From Patescibacteria group bacterium (lineage in GTDB: Bacteria > Patescibacteriota > Microgenomatia > UBA10105 > UBA927), in contig JBBTUH010000002.1 in the NCBI GenBank assembly GCA_038063875.1, positions 12,530 to 76,529 on the forward strand: a stretch of DNA of 64,000 nt. The letters run 5' to 3'. Position numbers and translations under genes: made by a program. Position 1 is the stretch's first letter; each line of letters starts with the position of its first letter. Under the pieces are notes generated by a model. It saw nothing but the letters and a program-made list of their open reading frames with translations, did not search any database and was not told the DNA's origin. Below are positions 19,862-30,449 of this stretch, piece by piece.

Positions 19862-20781
19862 ATCCCGATTCTCTCCAATAAAAATATACGAATAGTATAA
19901 AAATCATCTACCATCATCGTAATCCACCACGGATATATTTTTTTATAGTGCTTTTTGTAAAACAACCAGTTATATCTATGAAAATATACTTCTGTAACGT
20001 TTCGCCTTTTTTTGAGAATGTTGTCTCTTCCACTTTGCTTCTTGCGATGCAGTATCGACGTTTGCGGATTAAACATGATCTTCCAATCAGCTTTTTTTAT
20101 CCGATAACACCAATCAATGTCCTCACCATACATAAAATAATCCTCATCCAGAAGTCCTACGTGTTCTATAACCTCACGCCTCACCATAAAAAACGCACCG
20201 ACGATACAATCTACCTCGTGAATAGTTTCTAAACCTTTATATCCTTGGTGATATTGTCCAAATATTGTTGACGTAGGGAACAATTTTTCAAGCTTCAACA
20301 AATACGTCAAGGATGCCCATGGTGTCGGAAATCCTCTATGACACGAAGGATCCAAGTCCCCTGATGGTAATAACACCTTGCACGTTGAGACGCCCACATC
20401 ATGATGCGCATCCATATATGAGATCATGGAAAAAAATGTCGTCTCACGCACTTCTGTATCTGAATTTAATAGTAAAATATATCTGCCTTTGGATTTTTTG
20501 ATCCCTGAGTTATTCCCTGCTGCAAAACCTATATTTTTTCCATTTTGTATACGTATAACTTCGGGGAATTCTTTCGAGACCATCTCAAGACTTCCGTCAT
20601 CTGATGCGTTATCACATACGATGACTTCCATTGTGTAATCTCCAAGCAACGAAGCAAAGACTGTAGATAAACACGCACGCAACAGCTCCTTTGTGTTATA
20701 CGAAAGTATGATGACAGAAAGATCGACCTTATCGTTTTTTTTCATGTGTAGTACGCCAAACTGTATCAAGCGTTTTTGCAA
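19858..20781 (-). CDS. glycosyltransferase family 2
   Basis: LSVIILSYNTKELL...VIVCDNASDDGS and downstream DxD-type motifs. The true start is possibly the internal Met at 20745. Confidence 0.8.
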   Translation of the reverse strand: MQKRLIQFGVLHMKKNDKVDLSVIILSYNTKELLRACLSTVFASLLGDYTMEVIVCDNASDDGSLEMVSKEFPEVIRIQNGKNIGFAAGNNSGIKKSKGRYILLLNSDTEVRETTFFSMISYMDAHHDVGVSTCKVLLPSGDLDPSCHRGFPTPWASLTYLLKLEKLFPTSTIFGQYHQGYKGLETIHEVDCIVGAFFMVRREVIEHVGLLDEDYFMYGEDIDWCYRIKKADWKIMFNPQTSILHRKKQSGRDNILKKRRNVTEVYFHRYNWLFYKKHYKKIYPWWITMMVDDFYTIRIFLLERIGI

Positions 20782-21913
20782 TGCTATCCCAATTATATTC
20801 TCTCTCTACCAGCGTTCGAGCTGCTTTTACTACTTTTTCTCTATGGGAGTGATCACTGACCAATCGCGCCAGTTTATCGACAAACTCATGTGGCGTATTG
20901 GCAATCAAAACGTGTTTTTCATCTTCACAATCAATACCTTCTACACCCGCACGCGTAGAAACGACAGGTACACCGCTTGCCATCGCCTCGAGCACTTTAA
21001 ACTTTGTGCCGCCAGCGATGGTCATGGGAGCTAATAAGGCAAACGCAGCATTATACTCATCACGGATATCAGAAACATCAGTTTTACCTATAATTCTACC
21101 GGTTAATGCAGCCAATACATTTTCAGGCATATTTCTCCCAACGATTGTCAATGTGCTCTTTGGAAAACTCTCTGCAATCCTCGGCCAAATATCTGATAAC
21201 AAACGCTCTACAGCCTCTATGTTTGGTAACCAACGAAAATTACCAACAAAGAGAAAATTTTGGAGTATCTCTTTTTTGTGTTTGGGAAACGTAAACGATT
21301 CTGTATCTACACCGTTTGACACGACAGATACAGGAAAACTTAAATATGATTCCATAACACGTTGATCTTTTTGGGACACCGCCGTCACCATGTCAGCCTT
21401 TCGCCATACATAGTGCTCCCAGCGTTTAAGCCGCGAAACATCAATCATAAGAAGAAATCGCAACGGCAAAAAAGAACGTTTTCGCACATACTCTTCATAC
21501 ACCTGATACTCAATATTATGTTCAGAAACCACAATAGGAACGCGTGTATTTGGTATCGATGGCCACACATAAAACGGTTCAAGGTGAATAAGATCAAATG
21601 CTTTCGTAGCGAGTACCTTCGTAAGAAGCCTATACATCTTGGCATTGGCATAGGTCGAAAGCAAAAACGGCATCCGTGTAAACAAAGCTCTGGCTATATA
21701 CGGCACCTGCCATGCGCGACCACGATTGACCATATAAACCTGCTCACAAAATGAAAGGTCATTTTTATAGGATCGCTCTTTCTCATCCCTAATAAATGAG
21801 ACGAGTGTGATTGTATGTTTTGAAGAAAGACGCTTGAGAAGATTATACATCCGTATTTGTCCCCCCGAATGCAGAGGATACGGTAACACTGCTGAAACGA
21901 CGAGGATATTCAT
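20729..21913 (-). CDS. glycosyltransferase family 4
   Basis: 394 aa. N-terminal ILVVSAVLPYPLHSGGQIRMYNL (GT4 N-domain) and C-terminal EAMASGVPVVST. Confidence 0.8.
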   Translation of the reverse strand: MNILVVSAVLPYPLHSGGQIRMYNLLKRLSSKHTITLVSFIRDEKERSYKNDLSFCEQVYMVNRGRAWQVPYIARALFTRMPFLLSTYANAKMYRLLTKVLATKAFDLIHLEPFYVWPSIPNTRVPIVVSEHNIEYQVYEEYVRKRSFLPLRFLLMIDVSRLKRWEHYVWRKADMVTAVSQKDQRVMESYLSFPVSVVSNGVDTESFTFPKHKKEILQNFLFVGNFRWLPNIEAVERLLSDIWPRIAESFPKSTLTIVGRNMPENVLAALTGRIIGKTDVSDIRDEYNAAFALLAPMTIAGGTKFKVLEAMASGVPVVSTRAGVEGIDCEDEKHVLIANTPHEFVDKLARLVSDHSHREKVVKAARTLVEREYNWDSIAKTLDTVWRTTHEKKR

Positions 21914-23331
21914 TTAGGTTTTGTAAGATCGATAATAGCAAACGTATCATTTCGCACGAGCACTGTATAGGTCTCTGCCAGTGTTTTTGTCTCCCAGTCG
22001 GCATCTGTTGGGGACACAGTTACGTAGTGTGTCGCACCTTGTGCTAATTTTTTGTCTATATCAAATCCCAAAGGCCATCCTGTACGCTTGGTCTGATATA
22101 GAAACGTCGTATCACCGTTATATGGTGCTATGACCTTGGCATCTTTGGGCAATATCCTATCAGCTTCTATCCCTGCCATGATAATTTCTGGCCTGTTTAT
22201 CCAGTAATATGTACGCATATGAAACCACGAAAACGCAGTCGTAAATCCTATACCAACAACTAAAAATGTAATAGATGCGACACGAGAGAAATTTGTGTTC
22301 GTTAACAGATATGCAATTCCCTTACCTGCATATAAACATATGACGGGAAGAAGGAGTATCTGATAATAATCATGACGCACGTTGCCAGCGGCAAAAATAA
22401 CAAGATATGCAATGCTTCCAAGCAACAAAAGAGGTGGGACCCATTTTTCTTTTTTATCAAGCTTTAACGTAATGCCAAGTCCTACAAAAACTACTCCCCA
22501 ATATCCTAAGATAAGTTTCGATACGCGTTCAGCAAACAACCAATGAAACCATGCGCCTTTAAATCTGATATTGCCATCATTTAATAGCCATAAAAACACA
22601 GGGATGCCTTCTTTGTACTGCAAGATCCATTGCCTCCACCAAAGAAATGGGACAATAGTGATCAACGCGGCAATAGCCGCACGCGCAAATAATTGTAAAG
22701 AAAATTTATACTGTAAAATCATTAAACCTCCCAATGGCAACAACAAAAAGCCTGCTGTCGGTTTGATAAGAATAGATAGGGATGCACAAATTACGGATAA
22801 GAAAAAAGAAGTCTTCATCATTAAAAAAATACTACTTATCGCAAAAAACACCGCTAATGGCTCGGCTAACACTACCCTCCCATAAAAAACACTATACGGC
22901 AGTATCGCATACAAAAACCCAGCTGAAATTCCAGCAAGCGGTGTGATAAGCACAGAGGCTATAACCGCAAGAAGTACCGCTGTCAAGGCTGATGCAATGA
23001 TAGTGATTATACGAAGCGCTATATCGACTGATAAAAACGGCATCATACGCACAAGCATCGTAGCTGCCGCCTGATACAGTGGGACTTCCACCATCCTATA
23101 CCCATGTGGATTATCTTTGCCTGACTGGATGTTTGAAAGATCATGGTAACGGGGATGCAATACATCTATACCATCTGTCACAAAAATTCGAGCGACAGAT
23201 GCGGTATCTACTTGACGAAAACTATGCCAGTCAGAAACAGGCGCTGTTACTTTGTACAATCGAAGCCCTACAGCCACGACAAATATCCCCACAAGAGCAA
23301 TCGTAAACCAATATTTTTTCAAATCTTTCAT
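21910..23331 (-). CDS. polytopic GT-C fold membrane glycosyltransferase (ArnT/PMT-like, GT39/83-like)
   Basis: 473 aa. At least 10 predicted TM helices. A first periplasmic loop with a D-x-x-x-x-x-R motif after TM1 (QVDTASVAR). 4-bp overlaps with both neighbours. Confidence 0.6.
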   Translation of the reverse strand: MKDLKKYWFTIALVGIFVVAVGLRLYKVTAPVSDWHSFRQVDTASVARIFVTDGIDVLHPRYHDLSNIQSGKDNPHGYRMVEVPLYQAAATMLVRMMPFLSVDIALRIITIIASALTAVLLAVIASVLITPLAGISAGFLYAILPYSVFYGRVVLAEPLAVFFAISSIFLMMKTSFFLSVICASLSILIKPTAGFLLLPLGGLMILQYKFSLQLFARAAIAALITIVPFLWWRQWILQYKEGIPVFLWLLNDGNIRFKGAWFHWLFAERVSKLILGYWGVVFVGLGITLKLDKKEKWVPPLLLLGSIAYLVIFAAGNVRHDYYQILLLPVICLYAGKGIAYLLTNTNFSRVASITFLVVGIGFTTAFSWFHMRTYYWINRPEIIMAGIEADRILPKDAKVIAPYNGDTTFLYQTKRTGWPLGFDIDKKLAQGATHYVTVSPTDADWETKTLAETYTVLVRNDTFAIIDLTKPK

Positions 23332-26309
23332 TCTACTTCTATAACCTTTGTTTCTTGTCGCGCTTTGTTTAGGACAAACTGTTCGTCAAAAAGAAGTACA
23401 TCAGGAGCACCAATCGGACTCTTTATGGCAAATCCATCCTTAACCGTGGGTGCTGTATATACTAGATACGCATACGGATTGAATTTAAACATGTGCCACA
23501 ATGCATCCTCAAGACCCGTTGGGAATATCCATGCTCTCCCGAATCGTATCGGCATATTTACAAAGACAAAGGTATGAGAATTTTGTAATGGAAAATAATT
23601 TGCTTTCAGCGTCAAGATAGTACGCTCGGAAATGTTGGAGGCAGTGTGCCAATCACCGATAACGCGCCGGAGCTCTGTATAATTGAAACCAAACGCCAGC
23701 AAAAGAAGCGTTATTGCAACAAAGATACCACGTCCTTTAAACATTCGTTTCTCTATAAAAACTCCGACTGCAATCGACAAAAACACGGTCGCACTTAACG
23801 CATAACGCTCTGCCATACCACCTAATCCGATAAAGGGAAGCATCGACACACACGCCATCAAAATCCACAACGAAACCTCTCTGTTTGATGACACCATCCT
23901 CCCCAAGCGCTTGAAAAAATACACCAACACTATCGTGAATATCCCGAGTACACCCAACACAATCACAGGCATACCTTTTACGACTTCTCGAAAGGCTGTC
24001 ATCCACTCAACGACCCGCGGTCCTCCATATGTTGCCAATATATAGCCGATGCCATTGGCGGGAATATTAAACGGTAATCTCAAGAAATTGACACTGTAAT
24101 CCCCTGACTGGAGTAGTGAGTGCGCACTCGATCGCATAACCCAATATATGGGAATAACCCCGAGTATCAGCGCATAGTGCGTACGTTTAAATAGTATGAG
24201 AATAGCAACGAGTGCAACAATCAATGGACTTACGATGCCACCCTCATAGGAGAGTGCGGATACCAACGCAAATACTAAAACAGCGCCCGCATAAATTATC
24301 TTTACAAATCTACGCGTTGTGCTCTTTGTACTGATAAGAATAGAAAGTACAAGAAACAGAGTAGACAAGAGGCTAGAAAGACCTGACGTCCAAACGACAT
24401 TCTCATGATGGATAGCCAAGACGATAAACACCGCAGTCGTCAAAAACGCGACACTTGTACGGACAAATCGTGCGCGCAAAATCGCATATACAATAGCCGC
24501 AATGGCTGCAAATAATCCAATAAGCACCATGTGATACCCCCAAGGCTTGAGCCAAAACAAACTATACAAGACAAAGTACATAATTTTTGCAATTGGTCTG
24601 TAAAAAAATCCGCTTGCATCAACAAAAAACTTTGGGAGATCGGAAATAGTCGTTGAGGCAGCCCACCTGAGCCATGTGAAGTCATCTCCGACAAAATAAA
24701 ACGAAATACTATCCTTGAATATCAAAAACGTCAGCATAACGATATACACATACATTGAGAATTGACTCGTACATACTCGCAGCAAAAGCTTCGGGTATGA
24801 TTCTCTCCACGCCCTCACAGAGAGTACCGCCACCATTGCACCGATAAGCGGCCACAACGTAAACGCTACTTTCGACGCCTCAAACACATCAATAAGCGTC
24901 GCATTTAAAAATAACCCGACGATACCAGCGGATAACCCTGTCACAAAGGCCTCTTCGTATGGCGAGAGTAACGGCTTTGCCTTACCATAGAGCGCAAATA
25001 ACGTGATAAAAATTCCAACAAACGCAATCGTTCCAAGGATTCCCGTTTCCCCAAGCATCCGCATATAATCGCTATCACTTGCCACAGACAGACTTGAGTA
25101 TCCGCTCCCTGTTATGATATTTCGTTTAAATGCCGCTATCGCTTTGGGCCATTGGCCTTGTGATCGTGTGGTAAAAGAAATGTCATACACAAATGCTTTT
25201 TGTATAAGAAAATTTCCCGACACTGTAGCGATCTCACCAGAGCCTGTGGAGAGAGGAGTGCTGACAAACATCTCTATAGTTTTAAATGTCTTTGTGGGCT
25301 TTGTAGCTACCTGCGGAGCACTTATAAATCCGCTGCCCGTCGGAAGTGTTTCTACATCCGGCTTTTCTTGTGTACTGACCACCGCATTAGAGCCATTAAT
25401 ACTCTCGAGCGTTCCTATGGGTTGACCCGTTGAGAGGTCAATAATGACATCAGAGAACCGAAGTGTTTTATAAAACCGCTCAGACGCTGTAGAGATGGAA
25501 TTTAAAAGAAGCATACTCACTACCACGACAGGAATAATCCATATTTTCTTATTTTTCCACCACAACATCATCACAATCGATACAAGATACACACCAAACG
25601 ATACACGCGATGCGGTAAAAAGTAAGAGAACCAACGATCCTATGGCAACACTGAGCATACAAAGCTTCTGCCACAATTTTTTCATCCCAAACACAAAGCT
25701 CCCAAACAGCGGGATCAAAAGCACCAAATACGCAGCTAAATCATAATGACCACCAAAGGTAGATGCGATGCGCGCGGTGGGAGGTAAGCGCAGTGGAATG
25801 CCCTTGGAAAATTCTTCATTCATAGTAAGGAATGCTGGCCACCCTACAAACTTTTGCCCGATGCCGTAGATAATCACAACAAGTGTCGCGACCGTAAGAG
25901 TCCAAAGCAACACAGGTAATGCTTTTGGATTTTTGTACACCGCATAAAATCCCACAAAAAACATTCCCATATATTCAATTCTTCGGAATAGATGCAAAAA
26001 TGCTATATGGGCAATAAAGTCAGGATTTTTGACGACAACCATGCCCACTACGACAGAGATGAGACCAACTACCCAATACACAATAATCGGTACAGTGAGA
26101 GGTGTTTTTAGATCAATTTTTCGCTTGACTACCAATATCCCTACTGCAAACAAAACTATAGCTACCAAAAAATCCTCAAGTCGTATATACACCCATGTCT
26201 GCACTACATCCAAAAGCGGCAATTTAGGATACAACGGGATAAACGCCAAAAGAAAGGCGGCTCCCAACAAGAGCCACTCTTTTTTACACCAGTGTATAAG
26301 CTTCTGCAT
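23328..26309 (-). CDS. 993-aa fusion membrane protein: N-terminal O-antigen ligase/polymerase-like (Wzy_C) domain plus a C-terminal GT-C-like polytopic domain
   Basis: GSGYSSLSVASDSDYMRMLGETGILGTIAFVGIF resembles the conserved Wzy_C/PglL segment (G.G......AHNsYL..LaE.GiiG). The C-terminal half is another ~12 TM helices with a GDDFTWLRW loop motif. Confidence 0.55.
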   Translation of the reverse strand: MQKLIHWCKKEWLLLGAAFLLAFIPLYPKLPLLDVVQTWVYIRLEDFLVAIVLFAVGILVVKRKIDLKTPLTVPIIVYWVVGLISVVVGMVVVKNPDFIAHIAFLHLFRRIEYMGMFFVGFYAVYKNPKALPVLLWTLTVATLVVIIYGIGQKFVGWPAFLTMNEEFSKGIPLRLPPTARIASTFGGHYDLAAYLVLLIPLFGSFVFGMKKLWQKLCMLSVAIGSLVLLLFTASRVSFGVYLVSIVMMLWWKNKKIWIIPVVVVSMLLLNSISTASERFYKTLRFSDVIIDLSTGQPIGTLESINGSNAVVSTQEKPDVETLPTGSGFISAPQVATKPTKTFKTIEMFVSTPLSTGSGEIATVSGNFLIQKAFVYDISFTTRSQGQWPKAIAAFKRNIITGSGYSSLSVASDSDYMRMLGETGILGTIAFVGIFITLFALYGKAKPLLSPYEEAFVTGLSAGIVGLFLNATLIDVFEASKVAFTLWPLIGAMVAVLSVRAWRESYPKLLLRVCTSQFSMYVYIVMLTFLIFKDSISFYFVGDDFTWLRWAASTTISDLPKFFVDASGFFYRPIAKIMYFVLYSLFWLKPWGYHMVLIGLFAAIAAIVYAILRARFVRTSVAFLTTAVFIVLAIHHENVVWTSGLSSLLSTLFLVLSILISTKSTTRRFVKIIYAGAVLVFALVSALSYEGGIVSPLIVALVAILILFKRTHYALILGVIPIYWVMRSSAHSLLQSGDYSVNFLRLPFNIPANGIGYILATYGGPRVVEWMTAFREVVKGMPVIVLGVLGIFTIVLVYFFKRLGRMVSSNREVSLWILMACVSMLPFIGLGGMAERYALSATVFLSIAVGVFIEKRMFKGRGIFVAITLLLLAFGFNYTELRRVIGDWHTASNISERTILTLKANYFPLQNSHTFVFVNMPIRFGRAWIFPTGLEDALWHMFKFNPYAYLVYTAPTVKDGFAIKSPIGAPDVLLFDEQFVLNKARQETKVIEVE

Positions 26310-27150
26310 AAGTATCCTTTAGCTGTGCTCTCCCCATCATAACACCGATCATCCATCCAATAAGCGCCTTTGTTTTTAGCAAAAATTTCAAAATAGAAAG
26401 CTGCCATGCAGGCATATACTTCCCATAAAAATGGAGAAGCCCACGATAAATATTTAAGACTGGCCCTTTCCTCTTGTTTTGTGAGCTACCCCCTCCAAGA
26501 TGCACAACAAGCGCGCGATGGTAAAAATATGTAGGATACCCTTTAAGCTTTGCTCGATACAAAAGATCAATCTCTTCCATATACATAAAAATATCTTCAT
26601 CAAATAATAAATCGTTCATGAAAAGCTTTTTGGCAGCGATGATACAGGCTCCTGACACCCAATCTACCTTTCTCGTGCGATCGGGAGACCAACGAGTAAG
26701 CCCCAACACATCACCCTTTAAAAATAACGCGGCAAAGGTAACGGGCAACGTGAAAAATGGCCCACACGACGTCTGTGGGCTTCTATCGGCATTTAAAAGT
26801 TTGCCGCCGACAAACGCGTTGGGATGCTGTTTTACAAAGGCATGCAGCTTGAGAATAGATGAATTCAATGCTACGGTGTCAGAATTTAAAAGCAATATAT
26901 ATTCTCCTTTTGCGACCTTTATCGCTTGGTTATTTGCTTTTCCAAACCCTGCGTTTATTCGATTGAGTATGAGTCGTACTTTCGGAAACTTTTTTTTGAT
27001 TATATCTCTTGTGCCATCGGTGGATATATTATCGACGACGATAACCTCAAATGAAATTTTGGTGTGATCAAGTGATCGAAAAATAGACGCAATGCAATCA
27101 TGTGTTAATTTTTGCGTATTAAAGCTAACGATAATAATAGATAGATCCAT
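26284..27150 (-). CDS. glycosyltransferase family 2
   Basis: LSIIIVSFNTQKL...VIVVDNISTDGT, then DxD and NADRSPQ-like motifs. Confidence 0.8.
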   Translation of the reverse strand: MDLSIIIVSFNTQKLTHDCIASIFRSLDHTKISFEVIVVDNISTDGTRDIIKKKFPKVRLILNRINAGFGKANNQAIKVAKGEYILLLNSDTVALNSSILKLHAFVKQHPNAFVGGKLLNADRSPQTSCGPFFTLPVTFAALFLKGDVLGLTRWSPDRTRKVDWVSGACIIAAKKLFMNDLLFDEDIFMYMEEIDLLYRAKLKGYPTYFYHRALVVHLGGGSSQNKRKGPVLNIYRGLLHFYGKYMPAWQLSILKFLLKTKALIGWMIGVMMGRAQLKDTYAEAYTLV

Positions 27151-27162
27151 AAAAAATTGGGG

Positions 27163-27726
27163 TTATTGAAATAGTCGTGCAAATTTTAATGTATAGTGCA
27201 AGTCTTTAGTTCTATCCTTGATAAATTTAGCGGGAACTCCTCCAACGACAGTGTATGCAGGTACATCCTTTGTGACGACCGCGCCACTTGCGATCACTGC
27301 TCCTTTTCCTATACGTACGTTGGGAAGTATAGTCACTCGTGTGCCTATGACTACGTAGTCTTCAATCACGACCGGTCCACCTATTTCACTAAAATCAGTA
27401 CTCTCGATATCATGCTCCATCGTGTAAATGCGAACTTCCCCAGCAATAGACACATTATCACCTATGATAAGCGGCGATCGATGCGTTTTAAGATAAGAAA
27501 TGAAATGTTTCATTCGCCCATCCAAAAATGCATCATTTCCAATGATTGTGTTATTCCCGATACTGACCCCTGCTGGTTGATTAAATTCAGCTCGCCAGTG
27601 AATTGAAGAATTCTTTCCAATTTTTACTCTAAATAACGTACGGTAAAGAAAAAGCCGGATCGTATGGCTAGGAATGTATCCTGTGAGGGTTGCCAAATAT
27701 ACCCAAAAATCGATAAGCATTCTCAT
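27163..27726 (-). CDS. hexapeptide-repeat (left-handed beta-helix) sugar O-acetyltransferase
   Basis: 187 aa. Tandem [LIV]G..xx repeats ([15 protein letters not shown]...[11 protein letters not shown]...[25 protein letters not shown]). Confidence 0.75.
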   Translation of the reverse strand: MRMLIDFWVYLATLTGYIPSHTIRLFLYRTLFRVKIGKNSSIHWRAEFNQPAGVSIGNNTIIGNDAFLDGRMKHFISYLKTHRSPLIIGDNVSIAGEVRIYTMEHDIESTDFSEIGGPVVIEDYVVIGTRVTILPNVRIGKGAVIASGAVVTKDVPAYTVVGGVPAKFIKDRTKDLHYTLKFARLFQ

Positions 27727-27732
27727 ATAGTT

Positions 27733-28866
27733 TTATTTTACCTGACTGACAACCTCTTCCAAAACAGAAAGCACTTGTTTGGCGGCAGTATCCCAAGAAA
27801 AAAGCGAAACTCGTTCTTTGCCTACCTGAATACGTGCTTTTTGCTCTGCTGATCCATGCTCACTGAGTGATTTGGTCAGTCCGTCTGTAATACTTGTGAC
27901 ACGTAGCGGATCAACATATATGGCAGCGTCACCTGCTATTTCAGGGATGCTTGATACGTTACTCACCACTATGGGGCATTCATACGCCATCGCCTCAAGG
28001 ACTGGTAATCCAAAGCCCTCATACAGACTTGGGCATACGAAACACTGCGCATGCGTGTAAAGTGTCGCGAGGTCATCATCATGCACAAAATCAAGAATTT
28101 TTACACGATCTTTCACCCCATACACACTAGGAGCTGCGAGTATTTCTTCATACATCCAGCCCTTTTTACCGACAATAACAAGTGTTAACGAAGTGTCTTC
28201 AAGCTTTGAAAAAGCCTCAATAAGGCGCACAAAGTTTTTCCGCGGTTGCAGCGTGCCGACTGAGAGTATATACGGCGTACGTATGCCGTATCGGGTAAGA
28301 GGGGCCTGACGATTATCGATCTTTTTTTTCTTCACGCTCATACTCATCCCTGGATACACGACAACGACGCGATCCGAGGCTAGGTTATAGGCTTCCATTA
28401 TAGCATGTTTGGAGTACTCACTAATCGTTATTACCTTTGCACAGTGCTGCACTGAATATGCTGTCCACGTTGTAAGCTGATAGAGATCCTTTTTGGTAAA
28501 TAACTCAGGATAATGAAGATATGACACGTCCATAATAGAGCAAACGCGGGGAATACCTATAAAACGAGGCACGTAATGTGTCGGAGAAAATACGACATCC
28601 GCGCGTGGTTTATCTTTATAGAGACGCCATGGGAGACCTATAAAAGTCCAAAGTTTTTTCGGTCGTCTCACAACGTAGCGCCATACAGCAGTCTCGATGG
28701 GAAGATCATCAACCGGTGCATCAGGCATGTATACCCTCACAGTACTGAATCGACTTTTTCCTAGCTCTACCGCTGTCTTTATCCCAGTCAGCATCTCGTA
28801 GGCAAATCGACCAATGCCTACACGATTTCCACTATTTGCCTCATACCCGTCAATGGAAAGTATCAT
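27733..28866 (-). CDS. glycosyltransferase family 4
   Basis: 377 aa. C-terminal YEGFGLPVLEAMAYECPIVVSN. Confidence 0.8.
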   Translation of the reverse strand: MILSIDGYEANSGNRVGIGRFAYEMLTGIKTAVELGKSRFSTVRVYMPDAPVDDLPIETAVWRYVVRRPKKLWTFIGLPWRLYKDKPRADVVFSPTHYVPRFIGIPRVCSIMDVSYLHYPELFTKKDLYQLTTWTAYSVQHCAKVITISEYSKHAIMEAYNLASDRVVVVYPGMSMSVKKKKIDNRQAPLTRYGIRTPYILSVGTLQPRKNFVRLIEAFSKLEDTSLTLVIVGKKGWMYEEILAAPSVYGVKDRVKILDFVHDDDLATLYTHAQCFVCPSLYEGFGLPVLEAMAYECPIVVSNVSSIPEIAGDAAIYVDPLRVTSITDGLTKSLSEHGSAEQKARIQVGKERVSLFSWDTAAKQVLSVLEEVVSQVK

Positions 28867-28871
28867 ATGTA

Positions 28872-29456
28872 TTATGGATATCCTGGATACACGACTGTGA
28901 GCTTATCCTCTGAGATCGAAAGAAATTTCATGACATCATTCTTTGTGGCAATACTGTCACAAAAAATCCGATCACATTCTTTCTTTACCCAATGCAAACG
29001 TCTTTTATGCACACCGACGATGTTTGCCCGAAACTGTCCTTGTTTGATATCTATATGTGGCTCTGGATGAGCGTCATTTGGATACGTAAAAACGACTAAA
29101 TCATGCACCGTTGTCACACCTTTTGCCAAGATAAGTGGTGGCTGTGTCCAGTCACTGCTCCAAAACACATCAACATTACCGATAATCCACTCAATTGGTA
29201 CGATATGAAGCCTGTTCCATACAATATCCAAAAGAATTGGCGGGACAGGAATAATGACCGATGAAACATTGGCGTATTTTTTTTCAAGCGAAGCGGCAAA
29301 AGCTTTTAACATATGACGTCTGCGAAGTGATGCGCCAAAAAGAATATAGTGGTGGCCGGCACCTTTGGTAAGTATGGAAGTTACTAACCGCTGTACATAC
29401 CGTGATACTCCTGTGTGTTCAAAGGCTACTTGGCTTATATCAATTCCTATTTTCAT
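28872..29456 (-). CDS. glycosyltransferase family 4 N-terminal domain only (truncated or stand-alone GT4 half)
   Basis: 194 aa. GT4 N-domain features, and it ends in ...LTVVYPGYP, exactly where the C-terminal GT1 domain would begin. The next ORF is an independent full-length GT4. Confidence 0.5.
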   Translation of the reverse strand: MKIGIDISQVAFEHTGVSRYVQRLVTSILTKGAGHHYILFGASLRRRHMLKAFAASLEKKYANVSSVIIPVPPILLDIVWNRLHIVPIEWIIGNVDVFWSSDWTQPPLILAKGVTTVHDLVVFTYPNDAHPEPHIDIKQGQFRANIVGVHKRRLHWVKKECDRIFCDSIATKNDVMKFLSISEDKLTVVYPGYP

Positions 29457-30445
29457 ATTGCGATATATCCCGTAGGATGATTCTCATGCCAATGCCATGC
29501 GGAGGCAATAATGTCTGAGAGTTTTGAATGTTTTGGTACCCACCCGAACTCCTTTTTAAGCTTAGAGGGATCAGCCACAAGCTCTGGCGAATCACCCACT
29601 CGCCTTTCTGATGTGACGACCGTAAACTCACGCCCTGATATTTCCTTCACCAACGCTAAAACCTCAGAAACGGTCGCACCGACCCCTGTGCCTACGTTGT
29701 ACACATCACTTTTATGACCGTTTATCAGTGCATCCATAACCAGCAAATGCGCTTCACATAGGTCATCGATATGAATATAGTCACGAACTGCAGTGCCATC
29801 CTTGGTCTTATAATCCGTGCCGAAGATGTGAAACTGATCCCGAAGACCTAATGCTGTTTGACACGCAAGCGGGATAAGATGTGTTTCTGGCTCATGTGCC
29901 TCGCCGTTTAATCCATCAGAAGCTGCTCCACATGCATTAAAATAACGAAGACTCACTGATCGTATGCCAGAAGACCGATCATAGACATCAAGAAGTTGCT
30001 CAAAATTCCATTTCGACAATCCGTATGTGGATAATGGATTTATAGGATGGGTCTCAGGAATTGGTACTGTTTGCGGCATGCCATAGACAGCTGCTGTCGA
30101 AGAAAAAATAATCGGCATGGATCCTGCGTCCCGCATGCATTCTAATAGTACAGTCGGCGCGATGAGATTATTGCGCATATATCGAATGGGATTTTGGATT
30201 GACTCCTCGACAGATATATACCCCGCAAAATGTAAGACTCCGTCTATGTGATGATTGGTAAAGAGAGAAGAAACAGCATCTTTATCACCGACATTCCCCT
30301 CTACCAACGCCACGCCCTTTGCCATTGCGCGTGCATGACCATATTCGAGGGTATCCAAGACTATAGCTTCATGACCGTGCAACTGAAGCATTCGACACAT
30401 GTTACTTCCGATATACCCAGCACCTCCAGTGACTAAGAACTTCAT
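29453..30445 (-). CDS. galE: UDP-glucose 4-epimerase
   Basis: MKFLVTGGAGYIGSN, a YGLSKWNFE-type YxxxK motif and 330 aa match GalE. Confidence 0.8.
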   Translation of the reverse strand: MKFLVTGGAGYIGSNMCRMLQLHGHEAIVLDTLEYGHARAMAKGVALVEGNVGDKDAVSSLFTNHHIDGVLHFAGYISVEESIQNPIRYMRNNLIAPTVLLECMRDAGSMPIIFSSTAAVYGMPQTVPIPETHPINPLSTYGLSKWNFEQLLDVYDRSSGIRSVSLRYFNACGAASDGLNGEAHEPETHLIPLACQTALGLRDQFHIFGTDYKTKDGTAVRDYIHIDDLCEAHLLVMDALINGHKSDVYNVGTGVGATVSEVLALVKEISGREFTVVTSERRVGDSPELVADPSKLKKEFGWVPKHSKLSDIIASAWHWHENHPTGYIAI

Positions 30446-30449
30446 ACTG

